Assembly (NCBI GenBank): GCA_964016885.1
Contig: OZ024740.1
Span: 253,766,001 to 253,830,000, forward strand
Length of the DNA: 64,000 bases
Direction of reading: 5' to 3'
From: Eledone cirrhosa
Taxonomy: Eukaryota
Shown: positions 35,420 through 48,723 of the stretch, one piece after another
How the letters are laid out: each line of letters starts with the position of its first letter
Numbering within the stretch: the stretch's first letter is position 1
Notes under the pieces: generated by a model
The model's database searches: none
What the model saw: the letters and a program-made list of their open reading frames with translations, nothing else
Told to the model about the DNA's origin: nothing
Translations under genes and position numbers: made by a program

Positions 35420-36570
35420 AGCTAGCTCGTGAACAGTGTGGTTTTGCCCTGGATGCAGCACAGCCAACTGAAGATTCAAACTGTGGCAGGTCTTTGAGAA
35501 ATATTGCCAAGGTATATATTCTTGTTTTGTCGACCTTGAAAAGGCATATGACCGCATTCCTCTGGACTTGCTGTGGAAGGTTCTGCAGGAGTATGAGATC
35601 GATGGTCAGCACCCTTGCTGCCCTGATGTCTCTATATGAATGCCCAAGTAATTGTGTTCGGTTAAATGGTGCTAAATCGAAACCATTCAATGTTGGACTC
35701 GGACTCCGCTAAGTGTTCAAACTGTCACCGCTCCTGCTAATTATTAACATGAACAGGATTGACATGCGCAGCCAGGCTGGAAGTGGTATCATGATTGGCG
35801 GGTGTAAAATCAGTTGACTAGAATTTGCAGGCGACATGGTGTTACTTAACTCGACAGAAAATGATTTCCGACTTGCACTTGATAGGTTTGATGCGAAGTG
35901 CTATGTGGCTGCAACAAAAATCAGTGTTGTGCTAACTGAGATGCTTGTCCTCTCGAGGAAGTTTGCGCAGTGTACTCTGCATGTAAATGGAGTTCCACTG
36001 AAGCGGGTGGAGAAATTCAAGTATCTCGGGGCTGTGTACAGGAGTGATGGAAAGCAAGAGGCTGAATTAAATGCAAGAATTGCAGGAGCTGGTGCAGTAA
36101 TGTGTCTGCTTCAGCATTCAGTAATCAGAAGGGAGGTGTGTGTAAAAGCCAAACTCACTATCTTCAATTCGGTATTTGTGCCAACCCTTTCCTATGGTCA
36201 TGAATCATGAGTAATGACCGAATCTTGAGTACAAGCGGCTGAAATGGGGTTCCTCCAAAGGGTCTTTGGAGTAACGTTACTCGAATGAGTGGATAGCTCG
36301 GAGATCAGAGAGTCACTCAAGATAGAGCCACTACTTCTCTGAATTGAGAGATCACAGCTCCGATACTATGGGCATGTGATTAGAATGTCTCAGGAAAGAA
36401 TCACTGGACAGATTTTATGGGCAAAACCAACCGGCAGAAGACCCAGCAAGATAGTTGGATAACATCCATGAGCTTAGCTGGTCTCATGTTGAAGATGGTT
36501 GCTTCTGACAGGACCCACTGGAAGGGGTGTTTGACAACCCTCCCAGAATTAAGTGAGCGAAGAAGAAGAT
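35420..36570 (+). mobile_element. Degraded RTE LINE 3' half with (GAA)n tail
   Basis: FVDLE.AYD-like motif, GLR*VFKLSPLL, EFAGD, EKFKYLG, PTLSYGHES and QLRYYGHVIRM. Confidence 0.85.
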
Positions 36571-37102
36571 AATAACTTAATGTAAGGTTCTCATATAAAA
36601 TTATGCTGGAAGATTTTGATTTAAATTGGAAACCTTTAAAACGGTTGATTTTATTTCATAGTCAGAGCTGGGTTGGTAACTAAAGGGTTATGGGACACTG
36701 AGTGGTTTTTAGAGACTTTTTAGCTGGAAAAAAGTGCACCTGATATGTGATGAAATATTGTAATGTTAAATTCATAGCAATCAGTTCATGTTATTGTTGT
36801 AATGGCTCACAAATTTCTATGTGATTGCAACACATAAGAAGTTACTTGGCATCATCATCAAGACTTTACATCTGTTTTCTATACTGGCATGGGTTGGACA
36901 GGTTGTCACAGTCTGACACAAGATATAGTTGGATATTCACATCTTGTTCAAGTGCTTCATATTTTAGCATGGTTTCTATAGCTGGATGCCCTTCCTAATG
37001 CCAACCACTTTAGAGTGTATTGGGTGCATTTTATCATGGCACCAGCACTAGGAATGTTGTTGTGACTTCAGCAGAGTGAAGAGAGAGGCAATAATATATA
37101 TA

Positions 37103-37985
37103 TATATGAATATGAAAACATGGCGTGCTGCATTTGCGTGGTTGCAAATGGGTTACATATGAATAAATTTAGTCCTTATCAGTGATCTTCCAACCTTCAT
37201 TGGTATTTCATCGCTTTAAAGACCATATACCTCCGGTTGGTGCGAGCAACGGCTAAAGAAAGTCGTTGGGACACGTAAATAGGGGGAACATGTGAGACAG
37301 TAAACAATCAAAGATGGTAATGCAACGAAAAGTGAGGAAGAAGGAGTCAAGTCCCTGAAATCGATGAACATAAGTTCTGTGAAATCGTGGATGAGAGAGA
37401 ATAAAGACCATCAAACCTGGTTGAAATGTGAATGAGGAAAGAATTTCGCACAGGTCAAACGGGAGGAAGAAGGAGTCAAGTCCCTGAAATCGATGAACAT
37501 AAGTTCTGTGAAATCGTAGACGAGAGAGAATAAAGACCATCCGACCTGGTCAAAGTGTGCATAAGGAAAGAATCTCGCACATGTCAAACGGGAGGAAGTA
37601 GGAGAGGGAGTAGCAGAGAGTGAGTGAAAGTGTGAGGAAGAGGCTAACAGAGAGAGTGACTGTTAGCGGGGGTAAAAGGAAGTGAGAGATACAGAGAAAA
37701 GGGGAAGCAGTAAGAAAGAAAGAGACGGGTCACAGCGGAGGAAATTATATATGAATATGAAAACATGGCGTGCTGCGTGGTTGCAAATGGGTTACATATG
37801 AATAAATTTAGTCCTTCATCAGTGATCTTCCAACCTTCATTGGTATTTCATCGCTTTAAAGACCATATACCTCCGGTTGGTGTGAGCAACGGCTAAAGAA
37901 AGTTGTTGGGACACGTAAATAGGGGGAAAGGGTGAGACAGTAAACAATCAAAGATGGTAATGCAATGAAAAGTGAGGAAGAAGGC
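37103..37985 (-). repeat. ~645-bp unit in tandem (1.4 copies) with an internal ~120-bp duplication; probable PLE pseudo-LTR
   Basis: ATGAATATGAAAACATGGCGTGCTGC at ~37106 and ~37751. The - strand has CTGATGAAGGAC but no matching GAAA. Confidence 0.6.
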
Positions 37986-38094
37986 GATTTCTGTAGAACC
38001 CATTTCTTTATAAAATTTGTATATACTCTACTAATGTATTGAATACCTTACTTACTGTGGTTACCCTGATTGAACCTGGGACTCATATATATAT

Positions 38095-39975
38095 AAGAGA
38101 AAACACAGGTAAGCATTAAGAGAAGGATTTTATCCAGGTATTTACGACCGTTTCATTGGTAAGTGCAACCTTATATTGTTATACTGCAAATAGCAGCCAC
38201 TCAATTATAATTGTTGTTCACAGTCCAAATTTTCATAATAGTGAGTTACTCTTGAAATAATTCTTAATATATAGAGAAAAACATTTATTTGGAATTGTAT
38301 TTACTAGTATAGAGAGAGAGGAATCAGAAGGTGAGGGGACAGACGGAATAGTATAGAGAGAGAGGAAGGGGGAAGAGGTAGGAAGTAGAGTGACAAACTG
38401 AGATGGAGGGAGGAGTAGAGGTGGAAGGATTCCTTGGTCAGTTTTGATAGCAGACTTCATGTCGTGGAATGTAGTGAATTAAAGAGAACTAAATTGATCA
38501 TAGTGGGAGGGATGGATAGAGAGGGAGAGAGAGAGAGGGGGGAGATATAAAGAGATAAATATATATATATATAAAGATAATAATGACAAAAATAAAAGCA
38601 AAGAAGATACATAACAACACCAGAACACAAATGTATAACAATAACAATACAATCACCACCGAACACAACAGAATATCTAATACACAACCACCCGCTAATA
38701 GGCAAATAAAACGTAACACACTTGTACAGGCATCGCAGCCCACAAATAATGCCAAAGTTGCCCATGACAAGAACTGTAACTGCCACCTACCTGAAACCTG
38801 TCCATTACAAAATGAATGTATGCAGTCTAACCTGGTTTACCAATGCACAGTGGAATCAGACAACCAGAAATGGTATTACATCGGAGCGACTGGGAATACA
38901 TTTAAAGCCTGTTGGTATACATACCGTTACGCAATGAAACATTCCCAGCACCGTTATGTAACTACCCTTGCAAACAAAACTTGGCAACTGAGGGAAAGTA
39001 ACCATCAATACACCCTGAAGTGGAAAAAATTATCGAACGCGCCCCCATATCGGAGTGGTATGAGAAGCTGTCGATTATGCGAGTTTGAAGAATAAGTTAC
39101 TCAACAATAAAATCGAGAGATCAATTTATTGTAACCATAGACTCAAAGAGAAGTTTTCGCACTACAAATCGAACCCTTAACCTCTCACTACCAACTGACA
39201 AACTGCATATACTTAGACTTTATACCCTCTTGCTGTATCTAAACCCTTTTAATTACACACAAAACCAATACATATATCCCCTTCTTCTCCCTCATTCCTC
39301 TTCTATTTCTTCGTTTTCTTCCTTCCTTCCCGCCCCTTCTTGGCTATCTTTTCTTTTCTTCTTTCTCACCCCCTTCTTTGCTTTTATTTTTGTCATTATT
39401 ATCTTTATCTTTTATATATATATATATTTATCTCTTTATATCTCCCCCCCCCCCCTCTCTCCCTCTCTATCCCTCCCTCCCACTATGATCAATTTAGTTC
39501 TCTTTAACTCACTACATTCCATGACATGAACTCTGCTATCAAAACTGACCAAGGAATCCTTCCACCTCTACCCCTCCCTCCATCTCAGTTTGTCACTCTA
39601 CTTCCTACCTCTTCCCTCTCTATACTATTCCGTCTGTCCCCTCACCTTCTGATTCCTCTCTCTCTATACTAGTAAATACAATTCCAAATAAATGTTTTTC
39701 TCTATATATTAAGAATTATTTCAAGAGTAACTTACTATTTTGAAAATTTGGACTGTGAGCAACAATTATAATTGAGTGGCTGCTATTTGCAGTATAGCAA
39801 TATAAGGTTGCCAATGAAACGGTCGTAAAAACCTGGATAAAATCCTTCTCTTAATGCTTACCTGTGTCTTTTTCTCTTTTATACTTTATACTCCAAGATT
39901 GAATGGAATTCTTACAAACTTGTGGAGTTACCCCTAACCGTACGTTGAAACGATCCATGAAACTGGCTTTCTTAA
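38095..39975 (+). mobile_element. 5'-truncated Penelope-like element: inverted pseudo-LTRs flanking a GIY-YIG endonuclease fragment
   Basis: Arms 38095-38606 and 39373-39878 are reverse complements. ORF 38583-39095 contains CNC..CPLQNEC..NLVYQCTV..YYIGAT..FK..CRLC. Confidence 0.9.
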
Positions 39976-40012
39976 CCAAAAACTGGATCACAATAAGCAA
40001 TTTTTTGCTTCT

Positions 40013-40086
<74 letters not shown>

Positions 40087-40097
40087 ATACATATATA

Positions 40098-41820
40098 TCA
40101 TCATCATTATTTGATGTCCAGTTTCCCTGCTGGCAGGGTTTAGATGGGTCTTCGTAGACTGAAGCGGTGCTACTGACCTCCCAAAAATGCCAGGGTTTTG
40201 CATTTTGCATTTCGCTTACATACAGTTCCACATTCTGCTGAGTGCATTTTATTCTGACACCAGTACTAGAGAAGTTGTCATGTTTTTGACTGAAGAGTCC
40301 TCGCAACCCTTTGTTTGGCAAGCATTCTATGGCAGGATGCCTTTCCTAACACCAAACACTTTACACCATATATTGAGCGTGTTTATCATTTAGATTAGGG
40401 AGGTTGTCATGTCCTCGATACAACTGAAGGGTCCTGCCTATATGTATATATGTATGTGTATGTGTATATGTATATATACACATGGAGCTACTGCCACTGC
40501 TAGCTGCAAAAGGCTTTTCCCTCAAAATGAAAGGCAGACTGTATGATGCGTGTATACAAACAGCAATGCTACATGGTAGTGAGACCTGGGCTTTGTTTGT
40601 AGAAGACTTGCATAGTTTAGAAAGAAACAAAGCCTGCATGCTCCGATGGATGTAATAGTAATATAGGCGAACAGCAAAGTATAAACGAATTGAGAGAAAG
40701 ACTGAGCATCAGAATCAAATGGTGTGTGCAGGAGACACGGTTGCGTTGGTATGGACATGTGATGCGTATGAAGGATGACAGTTGCATAACAAGGTGCAGA
40801 GCACTAGAAGACGATGGAAGCCATGGAGTGGGGAGCCCCAAGAAGACCTGGGATGAGGTGATAAAAGCCGACCTTACCCAATTGCACCTCTCAAAGGTGA
40901 TGACACAGGACCGTGACCTCTGGCGTCACGCAGTAATACAGAAGACCCGACCCCCCACAGGTACAAGCCAAAGCTGAAGCATATGGACAATATGCCCCCA
41001 CACCCCCTCCACCACCACTAAGTGGTTGTGGAGGTGCCACGGCAAAAAAAGCACCCAGCCCACACTGTAAATGAGGTTGGTGTTAGGAAGGGCATCCAGC
41101 TGTAGCAATCAAGCCAGAATCAGTTCCAGTATGAGCAAGACAAGGTCAACCGACTGGACACTGCCCACAACAGGACAACTCGTCTAACCCATGCTAGCGT
41201 GGAAGAACGGACGTAAAACAGTGATGATGATGATATATGTATGTATGCATATGTATGTACATGTATGTGTATGTATGTATGTGTGTATGTATATATATGT
41301 TTGTTTGTATGTGTGTGTAAGTATGTGTGTAAGTATGTATGTATATATATATGTGCAGTGCCTTTGCTCACTATAAAAGCTTCATGGCACAGGCATTGCT
41401 TTATATCTGGAGATCTCTCTGCACTTGTCGTCACATGGTACCATGGGCCCAGCACTATGTGTCAATAATTGTCACAAGTGTAGTGTTTGTACCAGAGTTT
41501 TCAAGTCGCTGGCTGGACTAAAAAGTCACACTTGTTCAGCACATCGGTAGGGGTTCTCCTACATGGATATAAAGTAGTGGCCGTACTCGAAAACGAGTTG
41601 GCAGCCGCCATATATATATATATATATCATCATCATCATCATCATCACTGTTTAACATCCATTTTTCTACACTTGCATGGGTTGGATGGGTTGTCCCCAC
41701 TGGGAGGCAAGTCTGGCCAGAGTTGGCCATGTTACACCTTGCTCAGGTGAGGACTGTAAATCTGGTCAGGTATTTTACAGCTGGATGCCCTTCCTAACAC
41801 CAACCATATTTACAGTGTGG
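40098..41820. mobile_element. Cluster of an RTE 3' fragment (40484-41030, +) and RTE-tailed SINEs (40098-40390 -, 41040-41232 +, 41627-41820 -)
   Basis: KGFSLKMKGRLYDAC...RLRWYGHVMRM; GGAAGGGCATCCAGCTGTA and (GAT)n tails. Confidence 0.8.
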
Positions 41821-44124
41821 AACTGGATGGCACTACTATGAGGAGGACAAGCCAGTTGGCCGTGCCAAACCCGTCTCACAAAGTGACCATAGTTTTCGGG
41901 CCTGGTACTGGATGACGCCACTATGAGGAACCACAGTTTGGGAACCTGGGGCTGGGTGGCACCACCAGGCAGAGAGACAGGCCAAACCCTTCACACAGCG
42001 GAGCCGGGCACTCTCCATGCAATGAACACTTCTCAATATAAAACTCCATTTTGGGAGCCTAGAACTGGATTGCACCACTTTGAGGAGGGATAGGTCAGTT
42101 GGCCGCATATACATATGTATATGTGAGTTTATATGTGCATATGTCTTTGCACATGTAAACTTGCATATCTGACAAGATGTCAAAAAAGAGTCAGGCCCCA
42201 TCATCTTCATTGTATGTTGAGCTAATTGATATCGAAAAAAATTGTAATATGCCAATGAAGTTTGTAAATATGCTGCAACACTGACCTCAGTTCTTCTTAA
42301 TCTATCTCCATTCTGTGCACTACAGCCGCCTTAACTCTGGAATACAATCCAAATGAGACAGACTTAATTACAGCATTGAGTGCTTTGAACAGTGCACCAT
42401 CTTTAACTGTAGTTACACACCTAACACACACACACACAGGTGTGGGAACAAACAAAAGAAAATAGCAATAAACGCGTAATGTGGATATTGTGAGTATTTA
42501 TATTAAGTCTGACATATTTCTACATTACCAATGGTTTCAAGATGTAACCTTTTAATAACTAGATTTATACCCTGATAAGTTTTATGAAAAACTAAAGTGT
42601 TAAATACAAATTATAAATAATGGTTTATTATTATAGTTTTTTACTCAAGGGATAGACAGTGTTCTATTACATCTTTTGAGATTTATACTTTATTAATATA
42701 TTATTAATATATTATCCTATATCATCATTTCATCATCATTTCATTTTACGTCCGCTTTTTTCCTGCTTGCAAGGGTGGGACGGGAACTGATTCTTGCTTG
42801 ATTTCTACAGCTGGATGCCCTTCCTAACACCAACCTCATTTACAGTGAGTGCTGAGTGCTTTTTTTGCCGTGGCACCTCCACGACCACTTTGCAGTGGAA
42901 TGATAGGGACCCTAGTCCCTATCATCTCATTTCTACAGCTGAGTAAACTGGAGCAATGTGAAATAAAGTGTCTTGCTCAAGGAAACAACACATCACCCGG
43001 TCTGAGAATTGAACTCACAACCTTTCGATTGCAAGGTCAATGCTCTAACCACTAATCCATGTGCCTCCATATACTTGTATTTATATCTATATACTTATAT
43101 TTATATCTATACATTCTCGATGATTTCCTATGAATAAAACAGTCCTGTAGAAGTCATTTCTATATAAAATAAAGATGCTTATTCTCTACCGATATATTTA
43201 GTACCTTCTTTAACTGTGGTCACCTCTTGATCCCCTTCAGGAATCTACCTATTATCAAACACTAAACCAGGCCCTTAACAACCACCATGACAGAATTATG
43301 GTTATCAAACTGGACATGAGGTGTGGACTTCAATGAAAAAAATAGCGTTCACTGCCCTGAGGTGTGGTCTTCAAATATAAAAAGCTTCATTGTCCTGGGG
43401 CATGGTCTACAAATATATATTTGTATATTTTTATTTCAAATATAAAAAAGTTCATTGTCCTGGGTGAATAGTGAGTGTACATAAATTTTCTTCCCATGTA
43501 TATACAATGTGTTCAATCACTGAGTTATTCATCTAAGAGGTCAGTGATTCTGCTTGAGTACTGACTGGTCTATGACAACACATCCAACTCTTGCTAACAG
43601 GGAAAAATGGACATAAACCCTTTCACAACCGCATTTCTAATGGCATATACACTATTTTAATTAATGTAGAATTTTGAAGGATTTACTAAAATTATTAATT
43701 ATTTCATTACTAAGAGAGTAACTTAGTGTAAAATTATGTTGGAAGATTTTACTTTAAATTGGAAACCTTTAAAATGGGTGGTTTTATATCATAGAACCAG
43801 AGCCAGTTTTGGCCGGGCTGGTAATTAAAGACTTAAACGGTGAAGATAATGATGATGATGTTGAAAAGCGCATTTGTAAGGAAAACAACAATAAATTTAC
43901 TTCTTATACAACAACATTCAGAGTTACTAAAATTGTCAGTTTTTAGAATTTTCATTCTTTTGTTTTCATATTTCTGATATAAAACACTGTCTATGATTTT
44001 CAAATTATTTTGAAAATAATCAAGAATTTATTGGTGTTTAGAGTATAACTTAACAAAAGTTGTTACATAAAATTATGATGGTTTTTTTTTTTTTTTAGAT
44101 ATATATAAATATTTAAACAGCTTT

Positions 44125-44340
44125 CATCATCATCATCATCATCGTTTTATGTCCATTTTTCCACACGGGTTAGATGGGTTCTTCTCAGCACAGCATCTTT
44201 CCACTCACCATGTTTCTTCATCATCTCCTCTGTGAGTGTCATCAATTTGAGGTCATCTCTCACTACCTCTGCCCAGGTCTTTCTTGGTCTACCTCTATTG
44301 TGGCTTCCTTCCATTGGCACTTCTTCATCCATCACCAACA
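44125..44340 (-). mobile_element. RTE LINE 3' end
   Basis: RGRPRKTWAEVVRDDL followed by a (GAT)n tail. Confidence 0.8.
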
Positions 44341-45453
44341 TGTATCATAGAACCTGGGGTGGTTTGAAATTATTTTCCTTCTACTTAATAAGAATTCAGG
44401 TTGTACTGTTTCAAAAATGAAAAAATATTTATTCATTTAATCAATTTAAACGACTGTATAGAGGTAGTAAGCCATGACTGACTAGGAGAGGTATCTAATA
44501 CTCCTGGTAATTAAGAAACAAAAACAAAAGAGACAGAGAAAGCAAACAAGGACCGCTATAAAGCTGCTAAATATTTTGTCGAATCTTTTCATAGATTCCA
44601 TGTACTGGAAAATCTTGTTTATAGTTGGTAGATCCTTGACAATACACCATCAGTCTTGGTAATTTTTTAGTAGTTTTAACATTGTAACAAATAGTGTCAT
44701 AGAGTTTCTAGATAGTCTCCACAAAACATAGAGTTTAAGAGTATATCGCCCATTTGAAGCCAACAATGTCTTTGTATTAGCGATGGAAACTAAACACTGA
44801 TCTCTGATCTTGATCAACAACCTGAGACCAATTCATATGCAAGAAGGAGGTTGGACTAACTCAGGGATGAGAAGGATCCTTGGTCATTAAGACCCTTCAG
44901 TGTTTGGCCTTCTGAACAAAATCTGGTCTTTGAGGCTCTCCAGTGTGTAGCCTTCTGAAAAAAGTCAGGTCTTTGAGGCCTTTCAGTCTGGATTTTGAAT
45001 TAAATATTACATTTTTGTTTACAACAAAACTTATATAGCCATTCATTAACCCTTTCATTACCGTATAACTTATGAAAGATACTGCTTACAATTTTCAAAT
45101 AATTTTGAAAATCTAGAATTCTGAGGGCTTTAGTAATATAACTTAAGCTGGTGTTAGGAATATAGCTTAACAAAGGCTCTTACATAAAATTATTATGGAA
45201 GGGTTTTTAGATAAATATTAACACTTACCAGCTAAACTCACACAAGTGTGAGCTGTAACAACATGATATGACTGGGGCCCCTATCATTAAAACACTTAAG
45301 AAACCTATGAAATACAACCTTATAGGCGGCCATCTAAACCTACATAGGTATGAGCTGTAACAACATTTTCATTTTTTTTCTTTTACGACTTTATCTGAAC
45401 TTATCTATTATGTTTTGTGATGTTATTTTTCTTTAACCATTTTAATTCCACAG

Positions 45454-45571
45454 GTCATTGACAAACCGTCCAACATAGTAGATATTCCTGGCTGGTTCTC
45501 AGGGTCAAAACTAAACTATGCAGAGAATATATTACGCTTCAATGATGACAGAATAGCAATTTATGCAACAA
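45454..45571 (+). CDS. AACS: Acetoacetyl-CoA synthetase, exon 3
   Basis: ccacag/ VIDKPSNIVDIPGWFSGSKLNYAENILRFNDDRIAIYAT /gtatgt; 118 nt; the WFxGxxLNYAEN motif of AACS/acyl-CoA synthetases; phase compatible with exon 2. Confidence 0.95.
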
Positions 45572-45960
45572 GTATGTTACATACATTATTCTTGTATTCT
45601 TTTACTCTTTTACTTGTTTTAGTCATTAGACTAAGGCCACGCTGGAGCACAGCTTTGAAAAGATTTAGTTAATCATATTGACCTGACCACAGTATTTTTT
45701 TTTGCTTTGTTTTTTCATGTCTGGTACATATTTTACCAATCTCTTATGGAACTGCTAAGTTGCAAGATATAAACAAACAGTAAAACACAAACATGAACAC
45801 AGACTCACATGTGACCATATATTTAATGTGTGTAGCTGTTATGTTCAGCTTCTTTTGTGTTATTATCTTGTGTATCTTCAATCATCATTTAACATTTTTC
45901 ACTTAAAGTTTTAATTATGTACATAATAATTTTGTCATCAGTGAACAAACAGATAAAGCA

Positions 45961-46075
45961 CACATTACTGTTAGGGTAGTAGTATATATACACACATACT
46001 GTTAGGGTAGTAGTATATACACACATACTGTTAGGGTAGTAGTATATACACACATACTGTTAGGGTAGTAGTACT
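45961..46075. repeat. ~29-bp tandem repeat (CACATACTGTTAGGGTAGTAGTATATA) x4
   Basis: Direct inspection. Confidence 0.9.
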
Positions 46076-46656
46076 GTTGGCATCTGAAGGTGGTGAATAG
46101 GCAGTTGTTAGAATGTCATATAGAATGCTTTGCAGTATTTGTTCTGGGTCTCTGCTTTCCAAGTTCAAATCCTGCTGAGGTCAACTTTGCCTTTCATTCA
46201 TTTGGGGTAAAATAAAAAAGTACCAGTCAAGTACTGGCGTCAATTCTTCCTCTATATCTCTTTCTCACTTCCATTCTCTCCCTCTCTATCTCTCTCTGGA
46301 AGAAATCTGCTCACAAACATAGCTGAAATCTATGATTCAAGCTTACATTAGCCTCAGCAAAGACGGGAAAATATGTAGTCTCAATAACCACTAATAAGTG
46401 AGAAATGCGTTGATTACTCTGTTTTTGCTGAGGCTGGGTGTGTTATGATGATCACAACCTTAAAAATTCATAGCAAAAGGCCTTCAAATGTTTTTCATGT
46501 GGTTGGTGTTAGGAAGGGCATCCAGCTGTAGAAAACCCACCAGACAGTCCTATGCGAGCAAGACAACCACTCTTGCCTCAAGTGGGAAAACTCCCGTCCA
46601 AACCCATGCAAGCGTGGAACATGGACGTTAAACGATGATGATGATGATGATGATGA

Positions 46657-48686
46657 TTAGAGACAAAAGACTGGCATGGAATGCTTGAAAAAATGGTGCT
46701 AGTAGAGATTAATACACAGCCGCTAAGTGAGAAGCTAGATGTCAGGTGTACTTAGCACGCAGGGAGGCTGAGAGTAGGAGGTTTGCCAATGTTCTGCGAC
46801 GGGAAGATCAGAGGTGTGCGGTGTTCCACATTGCAAGGCAGTGTGTCAATGCAAATCAGGATATTGTTGGAGATAAATGTGTGCGGAATGATGCCGGTGT
46901 ACTTAGTGTCACGAATGATCAGAAAAAGGAGGCCTGGAAATGTCATTATGAGAGACTGATGAATGTGGAGAACGAATGGGAGAGAGAAATTAATCCCAGT
47001 AGACTCGACAGAGGGACCAGCTATTGAGATTGACGAATATAGGGTACAAGAGGCAATTAAGGAAATGAAGAATGGTATAGTTGCTGAGATGCTGAAGGCA
47101 TCAGGGGACGTAGGCACTAAACTGGTTGCACGCATCATCAATCAAGTTATATATGGTGGTGTCATACCCAAAGACTGGTACAGCAGTATTCTCATAAATT
47201 GCTACAAAGGTAAAGTGGATGCTTTGGAGAGGAGCAATTATAGGGGCATAAAGCTGATGGATCAGGTTATGAAAGTGGCAGAGAGAATATTAGCGCAACT
47301 AATTAGAGAAAGGGTCAAATTAGATGAGATGCAGGTTCGTTTTGTGCCTGGAAAAAGTACAACAGATGCCCTCTTCTTAGTGAGACAACTACAAGAGAGG
47401 TTCTTAGAGAAGAATAAGCCACTATACTTAGTTTTTGTTGACCTTTGATAGGGTACCCCGATCTGTCATCTGATGGTCCCTAAGGAAACTAGGTATTGAG
47501 GAATGGCTTGTGAGGACAGTGCAAGCTATGTGCAGAGGTGCTGTCAGTAAAGTGAGAGTAGGAATGGAGTTTAGTGAGGAATTCCAGATACAAGCAGGGT
47601 TCGGTCCTCAGTCCACTCTTGTTTATTATAGTCCTCCAAGCCATAACAGAGGAGTTTAAGACTGGCTGTCCATGGGAACTTCTCTATGCTGACGATCTGG
47701 TTCTTGTAGCAGAATCAGTAGAGGAGCTAGAGAATAAATTCTGGCTATGGAAACCAGTTGGAATCAAGAGGACTAAGAGTGAACCTAGCTAAGACAAAAG
47801 TGTTGATAAGTAGAAGAGAGGACAATACTCTGATTCCATCAGGGAAATGGCCATGTTCGATATGTAGAAAAGGAACTGGCATAAATTCCATAAAATGTAC
47901 GCAATGCAGATTTTGGGTACATAAGAGATGTAATGGGATAGCAGGCAAACTAACAGGTATGGAAAATTACATTTGCAGTAGATGTACAGGGAATGTTGGC
48001 AGTAGTAATCGCAGTGATAGACACATTTTTCCATTGCAGGTGGGTTCTATAGAAGTGGTTGATAGCTTCCGGTACCTAGGTGATCAGATCAGCATGAGAC
48101 GGGGGGGGGGGTGTTCCGAGGCCATAGTATCTAGAATAAGGACGGGTTGGAAGAAGTTTAGGGAGCTGCTTCCTCTGTTGACAAAGAAGGGTTTTTCTCT
48201 GCGTACGAAAGGACGGTTATATGATGCCTGTATGAGATGCGCGATGCTGCATGGTAGTGAGACATGGGCAGCAACTGCAAAGGATATGCGGCGGCTGGAG
48301 AGAAATGAAGCATGCATGCTCCGTTGGATGTGCAATGTCAATGTGCGTGAACGACCAAGCATAGACGAGTTGAGAAAGAATCTGGGTATAAGAGGGATAA
48401 GTTGTGGTGTGCAGGAGAGAAGACTGAGATGGCATGGACATGTGATGCGCATGGAGGATGACCACTGGGTAAAGAAGTGCCAAGAAATCCCAGTAGGAGG
48501 AAGCCGCAGTATAGGTAGACCACGAAAAACATGGGCGGAGGTGGTGAGAGCAGACCTCAGATCGCTGAATCTCACAGAGTAGATGACGAAGGACCGTGAC
48601 AAGTGGAGAGATGCTGTGCTGAATAGGACCCGTCCCACCCTTGGAAGCAGAGAAGAGCGGACGTAAAATGATGATGATGATGATGC
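46657..48686 (+). mobile_element. RTE LINE, same family as 24709-26349, 5'-truncated and frameshifted
   Basis: ORFs 46963-47448, 47574-47792 and 47758-48582 are nearly identical in protein to the 546-aa ORF; (GAT)n tail. Confidence 0.93.
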
Positions 48687-48723
48687 CATATATTATTTAA
48701 TATACAATTTGTACATTTATATA

